Notes: generated by a model not told the origin, from the letters alone. Counted from the first letter of the stretch, positions 10,564 through 20,256 are shown. The stretch is DNA of 36,587 nt from a virus (IMGVR_UViG_3300047545_000675:1-36587), one strand, 5' to 3'. A program made the numbers and translations.

Positions 10564-12954
10564 ATGGCTATTATTATTAAACCTCCTGTAAGCGGTGGCG
10601 GTGGCGGTGGTGGTGCTGTTGACTCTGTGAATGGGCAAACGGGCATTGTTGTTTTAAGCACTGATAATATTGATGCTGGATCAAATGCGGATCGTCAATA
10701 TTTTACATCTGCTTTACAGACCGATCTAGATGCTAAAGCCTTGCAATCTGATCTAGATACACTAGACGGCAGAGTCGATACAGCAGAGAGCGATATCGAT
10801 TCACTTCAAGCAAATCGTCTTTATAGCAACTCATACTATGTAAATGACGGCGTAAACGACATTCAAAGCATTCATGATGATGCTGCATTCGGTGAAGGTG
10901 ATGTGATTTTTGTATCAAGCGGGTCTTATGGTGGATCAACTTTATCACTCACAAAATCAAATTTTGCTATTTTGCCACCTCCTACCGGCATCAATACTAT
11001 ATGCGAATTAAGTGGGGGAAGAGGGCTAACTATATCTGGGGCGTCTTGTACAAGAGTCAGAGTAAGAAGCTTACAAATTGAGGGCAATACCTTGATTAAT
11101 GGCACTCAAGGGCGTCACTTATTTAAGAGCGTGACTTTTCTAGGCACTACCACAATCACAAATGGCACAAGCAATTTTATCACTTTTGAGGATTGTGAAT
11201 TTGCTGGGGCTATCACAATCGCATCCAGCGTGACGGCTACAATTTATTTTGTGCGCTGTTCTTTTGGTGGCGTGGCTATATCATCAAGTCTTGCAAATCC
11301 TACACAGTGCCTTTTATCTGATTGCAGTGGTATCAATGCAAGTCAAGCGAATCTAGTGGGCCTTGCTTTTGTCGGTCGCACTGGTTTTGCAGATAATACG
11401 GTCTCTCAATACACAAGCAATGCTAAGTATGTATACAATTTGCTAACGGGGGCGACTACCACATTTACGGGATCATACTCCGAATTAAGGGATAAGCCCA
11501 CAATCCCCAGCGCATACACAGATGAACAAGCGCAAGACGCAAGCGCAAGCCTCTTCACATCTGGCACTCATACGGGCATATCATACAGCTATGTCGATGG
11601 CTCAAATAAAATCGATTCAACCGTATCTCTAGCATCTTTTGATACTGATGATCTCACAGAGGGTGCTACAAATAAATATTTTAGCGATACTCTAGCCCGT
11701 GGCGCTTTTAGTGCTGGTACTGGCATATCTCTATCTAGTGGAGTGATCGCAAGCACAATCACACAATACACTGATGCAGACGCAGACGCTAGAATCAGCG
11801 CTCAAAAAGGGCAAAATAACGGTCTATGCGAGCTTGATGCTAATGGCTTAGTGCCTACAAATCACTTACCACCTTTGGCGATAACAGATGTTCATGTTGT
11901 TGCAGATGCCACTGAGCGCCTTGCTTTATCAGCACAGGAGGGCGATGTAGCGATTCAAACAGATGATAGTACATCTTGGATTTATGATGGTAGCGCATGG
12001 GTACAATTTGCAATCGGCGGCTCTGGCGTATCATCTGTAAATGGTCAGACCGGCGTTGTTAGCTTGCTTACTACCGATATCGCAGAGGGAACAAATTTAT
12101 ATTATACTACTACTCGATTCGATGATCGACTTGCTACAAAGACCACTGACAATCTCACAGAGGGCGCTACAAACAAATACTTTAGCGATACTCTAGCAAG
12201 GGGCGCTTTTAGTGCTGGTACTGGCATCACAATCACCACCGGCACAATCGCAAGCACTATCACACAATATACAGATGCACTCGCAAAAAGCGCTAGCGTT
12301 GTCGATTCAATGGCTGGCACTCAAACAGATCAAGCGCCTAGCGTGTCTAGCGTGAAATCATACTACACAGCCGGCACGGGTATCTCTTTATCTAGTGGCA
12401 CAATCGCAAGCACAATTACTCAGTACACAGATGAGCAAGCACAAGATCAAGCAGCATCTTTATTGACATCTGGTACACATACAGGCATCTCATACAGCTA
12501 CATCGATGCATCAAATAAGATCGATAGTACCGTATCTCTAGCCGGTTTTTCTATCGATGCTCTTAGTGATGTTGATACCACCACAAGCGCCCCATCTAGT
12601 GGGCAAGCTCTCGCGTGGGATGGCTCAAAGTGGGTGCCATCCACAATAAGCGGAGGATCAAGAGCGCCATATACAACCGTCTCAAGCTTCCCATATACAA
12701 TCGTAGCCCCAGCATCAACAGTCGTAAAATCAAAATTTTACGTCTCTCAAGGCGCCTCAGCTGTGACCGTGAATTTGCCGGCCGTGGCATCATGTGATGG
12801 GCTTGAAGTCGTGATTAAAAGTCTGGGCACTGGCACAATTACTATTGATGCAAATAGCACTGAGACTATTGACGGAGCTTTGACTTTTGCGCTTACAAAT
12901 CAAAATGGATCTGTATCTATGACTGCCACTAGCGCAGGCTGGAGAATTGAATAA
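10564..12954 (+). CDS. Tail fibre / receptor-binding protein with beta-helix-like region and internal repeats
   Basis: Poly-Gly hinge; SVNGQTG.V.L motif twice; TD.L.EG..N.YF repeats; LDANGLVP..HLP motif; DVD..AP..GQ.L.WDG.KW motif. Confidence 0.8.
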   Translation: MAIIIKPPVSGGGGGGGAVDSVNGQTGIVVLSTDNIDAGSNADRQYFTSALQTDLDAKALQSDLDTLDGRVDTAESDIDSLQANRLYSNSYYVNDGVNDIQSIHDDAAFGEGDVIFVSSGSYGGSTLSLTKSNFAILPPPTGINTICELSGGRGLTISGASCTRVRVRSLQIEGNTLINGTQGRHLFKSVTFLGTTTITNGTSNFITFEDCEFAGAITIASSVTATIYFVRCSFGGVAISSSLANPTQCLLSDCSGINASQANLVGLAFVGRTGFADNTVSQYTSNAKYVYNLLTGATTTFTGSYSELRDKPTIPSAYTDEQAQDASASLFTSGTHTGISYSYVDGSNKIDSTVSLASFDTDDLTEGATNKYFSDTLARGAFSAGTGISLSSGVIASTITQYTDADADARISAQKGQNNGLCELDANGLVPTNHLPPLAITDVHVVADATERLALSAQEGDVAIQTDDSTSWIYDGSAWVQFAIGGSGVSSVNGQTGVVSLLTTDIAEGTNLYYTTTRFDDRLATKTTDNLTEGATNKYFSDTLARGAFSAGTGITITTGTIASTITQYTDALAKSASVVDSMAGTQTDQAPSVSSVKSYYTAGTGISLSSGTIASTITQYTDEQAQDQAASLLTSGTHTGISYSYIDASNKIDSTVSLAGFSIDALSDVDTTTSAPSSGQALAWDGSKWVPSTISGGSRAPYTTVSSFPYTIVAPASTVVKSKFYVSQGASAVTVNLPAVASCDGLEVVIKSLGTGTITIDANSTETIDGALTFALTNQNGSVSMTATSAGWRIE
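11515..12550 (+). repeat. Dispersed DNA duplications within the fibre gene (~11515-11640 vs ~12424-12550; ~11644-11779 vs ~12145-12279)
   Basis: Near-identical blocks encode YTDEQAQD..TSGTHTGISYSY.D.SNKIDSTVSLA and TD.LTEGATNKYFSDTLARGAFSAGTGI. Confidence 0.9.
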
Positions 12955-13334
12955 TGAGCTATAATATCTCTCGATATGTCAGCCCAGCGCTGGCAATATG
13001 CTCTTTTTCATCTGCTGGCGCTGGAGTGGTCACTTTCTCTTTTATCAATGGGAATTTTAGCCCGATGATCAGTGGCGCTCAAATTGCCCTTGATGCTGGG
13101 TATGAATATTTTTTGACGGTCTCGCCTAGTACAAGTGTCGCATCAGCCACATACGCAACTATCATCGATGGCGTGACCGGCACATCTTATCCCATATCTA
13201 CCACATCAACATCGACATCACTAGATCAAAAAATGGAGTCGATTCTAAGTGATGCCGCATCCACTTTTGAGATCACTGGATCGGCTGCTTTGTCCAGCAA
13301 TTCACGCCTTGAGATATGGAGGATACCATTATGA
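12954..13334 (+). CDS. Fibre-associated small protein 1
   Basis: Starts MSY and ends WRIPL; Ser/Thr-rich; contains IALDAGYEYFL. Confidence 0.55.
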   Translation: MSYNISRYVSPALAICSFSSAGAGVVTFSFINGNFSPMISGAQIALDAGYEYFLTVSPSTSVASATYATIIDGVTGTSYPISTTSTSTSLDQKMESILSDAASTFEITGSAALSSNSRLEIWRIPL

Positions 13335-13711
13335 GCTATGATCCCTCACAGGTTTTAGGCACTAGAGCTATACAAATAGACTTAGATGCCTCAAGCGTTT
13401 TAAGTGACGATATTACCACGCATACAGCAACAGCAATACTTGCTACACAAATCTATTTTATCGATGCTAGGCAATATTACCAAGTAAATTCATCATCAGC
13501 TGGGCGACTATCCTATCTAAGTTTCAATGGATTTGCTTTTCTTGGTGGTACGTTTAGGATGAACACGATCACATCAGTGACTACCATGACAGACGAATCG
13601 TATTGCGGGGCAAATACCAGAGGCATATCTTTAGGCGTGACAAGTGATGGCAGTGGCACAAATCCCATTACACTGAGTAAATCTTGGCGAGCTTTTTGGA
13701 GGATACAATGA
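13331..13711 (+). CDS. Fibre-associated small protein 2
   Basis: ATG at 13331 follows GGAGG with an ATGA overlap. Starts MSY and ends WRIQ. Confidence 0.55.
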   Translation: MSYDPSQVLGTRAIQIDLDASSVLSDDITTHTATAILATQIYFIDARQYYQVNSSSAGRLSYLSFNGFAFLGGTFRMNTITSVTTMTDESYCGANTRGISLGVTSDGSGTNPITLSKSWRAFWRIQ

Positions 13712-14217
13712 GCTACTTTGGCACAGAAAAAAAATTACTCATATCAATATCTGCAATATCTGCAGGCGCCACTACTCAAAGTGTGGGTACAGCAACGGCA
13801 GATTTAAATATTTTTAATTCTAAAGTTTTAACGCAAATCGTCTCTTCAATTGGATATCCAACAGTATCAGTCACTAGCAATATAATCACATTAGAAGCTG
13901 GCTGGAAATATTGTATTAGTGCTAGACTTAAAGTGTATGATGCTACACCATCAGCGGGGGAATCAGTAAATTTCTTTATCTTTGATAACATTGCAAATGC
14001 TCAAATTTCATCTACTGGCACAGTAAACATCACAACCGACTCAAGCGCATCTCTCGCTCAAGAAAATTGTATTGCATATATAGATGCCACCGCGTCAGTA
14101 TCACAACTGAAAATCAGGGCATCAAAAAACAGTGGGTCAAATGTTACGATAAATGCTAGTGGTGATGTAGGAAATGCAAATTTTACAAGTCATATTTTGA
14201 TAAAGGCATGGAAATAA
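13708..14217 (+). CDS. Fibre-associated small protein 3
   Basis: ATG at 13708 follows GGAGG. Starts MSY and contains ITLEAGWKYCISA. Confidence 0.55.
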   Translation: MSYFGTEKKLLISISAISAGATTQSVGTATADLNIFNSKVLTQIVSSIGYPTVSVTSNIITLEAGWKYCISARLKVYDATPSAGESVNFFIFDNIANAQISSTGTVNITTDSSASLAQENCIAYIDATASVSQLKIRASKNSGSNVTINASGDVGNANFTSHILIKAWK

Positions 14218-14218
14218 A

Positions 14219-14596
14219 ATGCAAGTAACAAAAAACTTTAAACTAAGTGAATTAGAATTTAGCGATAAAGTACCTCCAGAATTGATCGCTCATGCCGTCG
14301 AGCTACTTCAAAACTTACAGATCATCCGCGATCATTTTCAAAAGCCCGTGACGATCATATCTGGCTATCGATCCCCTGCTAGAAATGAAGCCGTGGGCGG
14401 TGCTAAAAAAAGCCAGCACATGGAAGCAAAGGCAGCAGATATCAAGATCGCTGGCGTGCCTACCGAAGAGGTATACAATCGCATTGACAAGCTCATGAAC
14501 ACGGGCAAAATCAAAATCGGCGGGCTAGGATTTTACCCGTCTCAAGGTTTTGTTCATTACGATATCAGGGGCGTAAAAGCGAGGTGGCAATCATGA
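14219..14596 (+). CDS. Endolysin, peptidase M15A family
   Basis: Motifs SGYRS..N..VGG...SQH....AADI and GFVHYDIRG. Confidence 0.9.
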   Translation: MQVTKNFKLSELEFSDKVPPELIAHAVELLQNLQIIRDHFQKPVTIISGYRSPARNEAVGGAKKSQHMEAKAADIKIAGVPTEEVYNRIDKLMNTGKIKIGGLGFYPSQGFVHYDIRGVKARWQS

Positions 14597-14847
14597 ATAG
14601 TGACATGATTTCAATCTCAGCTCTCACGGCTGTGATCACTGCTCTTTATCCAGCGGTCAAATTTTTATCGGCGTATGATAGGCGTATCGCCATACTAGAA
14701 GAGCAGCAGATGACGCTATCTAAAAAACACGATAAGACCGAACACGAGTTGCATACTATACAAAGAGATATCAATAAGATTTGCGTGACACTAGAGCGCA
14801 TCGAGACAAATATCGAGCATCTAAAAGATAAAAAATTTGAATCGTAA
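14593..14847 (+). CDS. Putative holin-like / lysis accessory membrane protein
   Basis: N-terminal hydrophobic helix plus a coiled coil; ATGA overlap with the endolysin. Confidence 0.45.
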   Translation: MNSDMISISALTAVITALYPAVKFLSAYDRRIAILEEQQMTLSKKHDKTEHELHTIQRDINKICVTLERIETNIEHLKDKKFES

Positions 14848-14894
14848 ATATTAAATTTGTTTAATAGTCATCCCCTTATTTTCTAGGATGACAC

Positions 14895-16889
14895 ATGGCA
14901 CAAAATAAAATTTTAGGTAAAGTAGCTTTTGCCACACAGTACGCAAAGCTCAAAGCAGATGGCACAAGAGAAAGCTATATCGATGCGATGGATCGAGTCA
15001 AGGCGATGCATGTCGAGAAATTCCCAGCGCTTGAGCAAAGAATTGAACAGGTATTCAAGGATTTTGTATATCCTCAAATTGTATTCCCATCTCAAAGATC
15101 AACGCAATTCGGAGGCGATGCTATCAAGAGAAACAATATGCGTTTATACAATTGTACTGCTTCATATTGCGATAGAGTGCGCTTTTTCGCTGAGGGTTTT
15201 TGGCTTTTGATGTCTGGCTGTGGAGTGGGTTTTTCTATTCAAAGACATCATGTTTTGAGATTACCCAAGTTGATCACAAAGGCGCAAAGAGATGAACGAA
15301 TGTTTAAGATTCATGTCGTGCAAGACTCTATCGAGGGTTGGGCTGATGCCGTCTTTGATCTCATTAAAAGCTACTTGCCATCAGACGACACAGAGGGGCG
15401 CTATGAGATCAATTTTCATTACGACCAAGTGCGACCAGAGGGATCGCCTATTTCTATCGGTGGGGTAGCTCCGGGACCTCAAGTGCTAAAGACGGCTATT
15501 GAAAAAGTTAAATCCATTTTAGATCAAGCGGTCAATGATGGCATCACTCAATTAAGACCCATTCACTGCTTTGATATGTTTATGCATATATCCCATGCTG
15601 CGCTTTTATCCTCAAGGCGCGCCGCCACTATTGCCCTTTTCTCTCCAGATGATGACGAGATGATGAGTGCCAAGACTGGCGATTGGTGGCGTGACAATCC
15701 CCAGCGCGCCTATGCAAATATCAGCGCTCAAATCATCACCAGCGACCTCACAGAAAAAAAAGATGTCTTTGATAAAATTGTTGACACTGCTCGACAATAT
15801 GGGGAACCTGGATTTTTCTTTGCTGGATCGACAGAATACGCTACAAATCCATGCGGTGAAATTGGATTATATCCACAAATACAAGAAGATGACGGCTCTT
15901 GGTCTAGTGGCTGGGCCGTATGCAATCTAAATGAAATTGTTGTGTCAAATTTGAGCAGTGCCACTAGCAAGGCGATGCATGATAGAGCTATTGATGATGA
16001 TGAAGATGCTGATCTAAAGCAAAAACGATTCAATTTTCTAGGTGCGTGTCAAGCTGCTGCTTTTCTAGGTACGCTACAGGCTAGCTATACCCAGACCGGA
16101 TATTTAGGCGATGTCTCAAAGCGCATCATCGAGAGGGATGCACTCATAGGCGTGAGCATGACGGGGATAATGCATGATCCTAAAGTGGTCGAGCATAAAA
16201 ATTTCTTACAGTTGGCTGCATCTTTGATCAGACAAGAGAATGAATTGACCGCTCAAAAGATAGGCATCAATAAAGCTTTGAGATGCACTACTATAAAGCC
16301 TAGTGGTAACTCTAGCACGGTCGCCGGCTGTTGTGCTGGCATACATCCATATCATGCAAGGCACTATATACGCCGTATGAGGATCAATAAAATAAATCCC
16401 ATCTGGCATGAGATTTTAAATAAGTTGCCTCAAGTCTGTGATGATAGCGATAGTCAAGTAGGTATCGTGGCTTTTGCTTGTGAAGCGCCAGATGGTGCGA
16501 TTTTGAGATCAGATATTGACGCGGTGAGCTTTTTAAATAAGGTCAAGTTTTTTCAAGATTACTGGGTAATGGGTGGTAACAATCCGATTGACTCACAAAA
16601 GGGCTTGACTCACAATGTGTCAAATACGTGCACGGTAAAAGATACCGAGTGGGATGCCGTAAAAGATACAATCTGGGAATTGAGAAAATCCGTTAGGGGG
16701 ATCAGTCTTTTATCTGACTATGGTGATACGGTATATAAAAATGCCCCATACGAGGCAGTCGATCCAGATAATGAATTTTATAAAACTTTGCTTGATGCAA
16801 ATTGGGATCGAGTCGATTTTTCACTCGGCGGCTATGTTGAGAATCCACAAGCCGAGCCAGCTTGCGCAGGCGGGGTATGCCTTATCTAG
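14895..16889 (+). CDS. nrdJ: Class II (adenosylcobalamin-dependent, monomeric type) ribonucleotide reductase
   Basis: YNC, TNPCGEI, CNL.E and TTIKPSG motifs, C-terminal CAGGVC; no NrdB/NrdG partner gene. Confidence 0.9.
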   Translation: MAQNKILGKVAFATQYAKLKADGTRESYIDAMDRVKAMHVEKFPALEQRIEQVFKDFVYPQIVFPSQRSTQFGGDAIKRNNMRLYNCTASYCDRVRFFAEGFWLLMSGCGVGFSIQRHHVLRLPKLITKAQRDERMFKIHVVQDSIEGWADAVFDLIKSYLPSDDTEGRYEINFHYDQVRPEGSPISIGGVAPGPQVLKTAIEKVKSILDQAVNDGITQLRPIHCFDMFMHISHAALLSSRRAATIALFSPDDDEMMSAKTGDWWRDNPQRAYANISAQIITSDLTEKKDVFDKIVDTARQYGEPGFFFAGSTEYATNPCGEIGLYPQIQEDDGSWSSGWAVCNLNEIVVSNLSSATSKAMHDRAIDDDEDADLKQKRFNFLGACQAAAFLGTLQASYTQTGYLGDVSKRIIERDALIGVSMTGIMHDPKVVEHKNFLQLAASLIRQENELTAQKIGINKALRCTTIKPSGNSSTVAGCCAGIHPYHARHYIRRMRINKINPIWHEILNKLPQVCDDSDSQVGIVAFACEAPDGAILRSDIDAVSFLNKVKFFQDYWVMGGNNPIDSQKGLTHNVSNTCTVKDTEWDAVKDTIWELRKSVRGISLLSDYGDTVYKNAPYEAVDPDNEFYKTLLDANWDRVDFSLGGYVENPQAEPACAGGVCLI

Positions 16890-17866
16890 ACCAGTTGCAC
16901 ACGACACATCACGCCACCGCTTGAATCAATCTTGCAATTCGTGGCATAAGACTTGATGATGCCTCTTTGTGCCTCTGTCGTAAATTCGATATTTCTATCA
17001 AGTGGCATATCTCGACTATCGCCCATGAAAAATTGATGCACTTCACCAGCCTTGAGCTTGTTGATATGATCGAATTCATCTAGTAGCGCTGCGCTCAATG
17101 CCTTATCCTCTGCATGAGTGAGATCGTCAATGATCTCAACATTTGCCCATGGCTGCATCTCAATAGGCTTTGGCGCTGGTGCTTGTTGTACTTGTGCTTG
17201 TGCTTGTACTGGCTTGATCTCGATAGGTTGAGCTTGAATCACTTGAGGCGCTGGGGTGGCTTTTGCCTTGATAGTGGCTTTTGGTCTATCACTTGACACG
17301 CTAGACTCAAGCTGGCTATCGATGATCTCATTGCGCTCATGCTCTGACAAATCCATGGAATCGGCTAGCTCAACGGCATCATAGCCAGAGATGATATCAG
17401 CAAAGACCTCACGAACAGCCATAGAGCGACAGCGTGCAAAGAGCATCTGTTGGGGCATCTTTTGCCAGACCTGGTTATTTGCTAGCCCCATTTTTTGAGC
17501 CATCTCAATGGTAAATCTGATTGTATGCTTTACATCAGCTTTTTGATCTGCACGCTGGCACTCAATAACGCATTCTTTATCTGTGCTTGATAGAGTCTTA
17601 AAGCTTCTCACTTTGCCAGATGATAGCACTAGACCGAAAAGAGCGTGCGTTTGAAATGCAACTTTGCCTTTAAGGATATGTAAATTTTCGGGTAGCTCTG
17701 CCATAGACCAGCCGAATTTTACGCCATAAGCGAGGTATGCCTTGACAAGTTGTTGAGCTGACCAGCCATCGCTTTTGAGATACTCTGCGAGCTTGATGAT
17801 TTGTTCCATGTTTGCGCTGAGGAGATTGATTTCATCCATTGCAGCTTGTAATTTTTGTAAACTCAT
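16886..17866 (-). CDS. RecT-like single-strand annealing recombinase
   Basis: RFTIEMAQKMGL and WQKMPQQMLFARC...REVFADIISG motifs; Pro/Gln/Ala linker plus a C-terminal domain. Confidence 0.7.
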   Translation of the reverse strand: MSLQKLQAAMDEINLLSANMEQIIKLAEYLKSDGWSAQQLVKAYLAYGVKFGWSMAELPENLHILKGKVAFQTHALFGLVLSSGKVRSFKTLSSTDKECVIECQRADQKADVKHTIRFTIEMAQKMGLANNQVWQKMPQQMLFARCRSMAVREVFADIISGYDAVELADSMDLSEHERNEIIDSQLESSVSSDRPKATIKAKATPAPQVIQAQPIEIKPVQAQAQVQQAPAPKPIEMQPWANVEIIDDLTHAEDKALSAALLDEFDHINKLKAGEVHQFFMGDSRDMPLDRNIEFTTEAQRGIIKSYATNCKIDSSGGVMCRVQLV

Positions 17867-17906
17867 TTTTTATGTCCTTGCGTTTTTGAGTTGTGATTTA
17901 TGTTGT

Positions 17907-18236
17907 TTAAAGACCTAGCACATCAGCTTCAAAGCCATCAATGATCTCTCGATCAAATCCGACCATGTTAACGATATCATATAGATCAAAGGGGTATGAG
18001 TTGCCCATGTCATAAGACAAGCCGTCTTTTGTGGTAATGCCGTATCGATATGATTCATCATTCTTAGTAAAGAAATTGATTGATCTGGTATATTCAACGC
18101 CATTGACTTTTGCAAAGAGCTCGACTGATGAGCAAGTTACTTGAAAAGTGATATAGCTTGAGAAGTCTCTGCGGCTATTTGCGATGATGTTGTCTACTGA
18201 CTCGGCGATCTGTTCTTGTTGTCTGGAAGTGAACAT
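17907..18236 (-). CDS. Hypothetical early protein
   Basis: Preceded by an AAGGAT RBS and a sigma70-like promoter. Confidence 0.65.
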   Translation of the reverse strand: MFTSRQQEQIAESVDNIIANSRRDFSSYITFQVTCSSVELFAKVNGVEYTRSINFFTKNDESYRYGITTKDGLSYDMGNSYPFDLYDIVNMVGFDREIIDGFEADVLGL

Positions 18237-18285
18237 TTTTTATCCTTGCGTTTTCGGATTTGGTTTTGGTTGATAAGGTAAAATC

Positions 18286-18314
18286 AATTTAGCGCTTTTA
18301 ATTCAATGTGTCAA
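18286..18314 (-). promoter_or_regulatory. Sigma70-type promoter TTGACA-17-TAAATT
   Basis: tgtcaa at 18309-18314 and aattta at 18286-18291, with an AT-rich upstream tract. Confidence 0.65.
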
Positions 18315-18349
18315 ATTTTATTTTATATTTATAAAAATATTTTTTATCA

Positions 18350-20014
18350 TCATCTAAAATAAGTGTCTTTTAGTCTTTGTTTTTGCTTGTCAAAGATAAC
18401 TTTTGCCACGCCTATCTCGCCATGTCTATTTTTAGTCACGCCTATCTCCATAATGTCTTTTTCGCTGGTATCTGGATTATATACCTCATCCCTATAAATC
18501 ATCAATACGGCATCAGCATCTTGCTCGATTGATCCAGACTCTCTAAGATCGCTTAGAGTGGGGCGCTTATTTGGTCTACCCTCAACGCCACGATTTATCT
18601 GGGCCAGTGCTATCACGGGACAATCCATCATCTTCGCAAGTTGTTTTAGCCCTCTTGATATGGTGGCTATCTCTTGCTCTCTAAAGTCTTTATTTGCGGT
18701 CATCAGCTGGAGATAGTCAACAATGATCAAGCCTATCTTTTCTCGATTTGCACGATTGATCTCTCTCTCAAGAGATGTGAAGTGTAGGATATCCCACTTG
18801 ATCGCATTCTCAGCTTTCACTTCATCGCTTTGCTCTTTGATATAGCCATGCTCTTTGAGATGTGCCAGATCGCCCCTGCTCTCATCAATACTCTTCATGA
18901 TAAATCGATTCTCGCCATCTCGGATATTTTCATGGGTATAGCCATGCTCATCGATCAGATGCTGCACTTTAGGTTTTAGCGCTTCATACTGTGGGATGAG
19001 ATAGCTGATGTCGGTTGACTCCCTCATCTGTGAGCATCTGTTTAAAAGCTGATCTATGCTCAAGCTACCATCATCAAAGATTTGTAAATTCAATTTACCT
19101 ACTTTATCGACGGCGCTACCCAGCTTATCAAAGTCTTGCTCGGTAGCACCTTGAAGCCCATTTGTAAGCAGATGATGATCTATACCACCGATTGAAGAGA
19201 TCAATCTTTTTGTTAGCTGCTCTTTGGGCATCTCAAGAGAAATAAATAAAGTCTTTTTGCCGTGATCAAGTTGGGCAAGATGTAAGGCGACTGCGGTCTT
19301 GCCCATAGCTGGACGCCCAGCGATGATATAGAGGCATCCACGATTTAGCCTAGTGATGCGATCTAGATCAGCTAATCCAGTGGATATCCCAGCATCAAAA
19401 TTTCTTATCGATAAAAGAGTATCTTGCACTGTATCCGCCATAGTAGGCGCTCTCTTTGGCTTGATAGCGCTAATCTCTTTAAGCGCTTCACGCTCAATCC
19501 TCTCGGCTTCTTCAAGGCCTACGGTTTTAATCAAGGCGCTTTTTTGATCGGCGATGGCAGACATACCAACATGAATAATGTAATCGAGGTATGCCGTGAT
19601 CTCGATCTCAGCGATAGCCATAGACTGCCATAGAGCATAATCGCCAGTACGCAAAAAAAACTCTAGGATTGTGTCTGGCGTGTCCATGTCTGGGAGCTGC
19701 TTAAGATTCTTTTCAAAGCGTAACTTGTACTCTTCATATATAGACACGAAGTCGATCACAGCCATCTTGTTCGCTTGTCTATGTTTTTCTCTGAGTCTTA
19801 GCGCCATGCGATAGACCATACGATAAGATTGATTGATAAGCAGCGCTTCATCAGTGATTGAATTGAAAATCATCTCTTGCATCGATCTTTGATTTGTATG
19901 CACTAGATTGATGATTATTCTCATGCCTCTGATGATATTGCTCTTGTGCTGTAGCGCCTCTGCGTCCTCGATGAGTTGATGCAGGTTGATAGGTTTAGCA
20001 ACTTGCCAGCTCAT
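18350..20014 (-). CDS. dnaB: Replicative DNA helicase with ~90-aa insertion
   Basis: AGRPAMGKT, FISLEM, IIVDYLQLM, LAQINR, SDLRESGSIEQDAD and KNRHG motifs. Start 20014 is coupled to the upstream stop (ATGA). Confidence 0.93.
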   Translation of the reverse strand: MSWQVAKPINLHQLIEDAEALQHKSNIIRGMRIIINLVHTNQRSMQEMIFNSITDEALLINQSYRMVYRMALRLREKHRQANKMAVIDFVSIYEEYKLRFEKNLKQLPDMDTPDTILEFFLRTGDYALWQSMAIAEIEITAYLDYIIHVGMSAIADQKSALIKTVGLEEAERIEREALKEISAIKPKRAPTMADTVQDTLLSIRNFDAGISTGLADLDRITRLNRGCLYIIAGRPAMGKTAVALHLAQLDHGKKTLFISLEMPKEQLTKRLISSIGGIDHHLLTNGLQGATEQDFDKLGSAVDKVGKLNLQIFDDGSLSIDQLLNRCSQMRESTDISYLIPQYEALKPKVQHLIDEHGYTHENIRDGENRFIMKSIDESRGDLAHLKEHGYIKEQSDEVKAENAIKWDILHFTSLEREINRANREKIGLIIVDYLQLMTANKDFREQEIATISRGLKQLAKMMDCPVIALAQINRGVEGRPNKRPTLSDLRESGSIEQDADAVLMIYRDEVYNPDTSEKDIMEIGVTKNRHGEIGVAKVIFDKQKQRLKDTYFR

Positions 20015-20256
20015 CTCATAGCCCCTAGCCATACTAAACAAGCATACGCCATGGCAAAGAGAAAGCTTACTACAAACAAAGCAAATGCTTTCTCAGCGAT
20101 ATCTTTTGATGTTGCGATAGCAATCTCTTTAAGTGTAGGCGCTTTTTGAATCTTGATGATGGGAAAAATTCCACACTCTGGGGCGCTTGTGCCGTCATAG
20201 TCTTCATTGAAAATGGGCGCGTCGAAGTCGTCTTGATTGTGATTGTATTGTGTCAT
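20011..20256 (-). CDS. Hypothetical protein with C-terminal transmembrane helix
   Basis: Acidic N-terminus and hydrophobic AFALFVVSFLFAMAYACLVWLG segment. Confidence 0.6.
   Translation of the reverse strand: MTQYNHNQDDFDAPIFNEDYDGTSAPECGIFPIIKIQKAPTLKEIAIATSKDIAEKAFALFVVSFLFAMAYACLVWLGAMR

Noticed and set aside
11515-12550. Diversity-generating retroelement TR/VR pair
   Set aside because: No reverse transcriptase is present, both copies are coding, and differences are not adenine-specific.
18745-19015. Intein in DnaB
   Set aside because: There is no terminal His-Asn followed by Cys/Ser/Thr, and no recognisable splicing or LAGLIDADG blocks.
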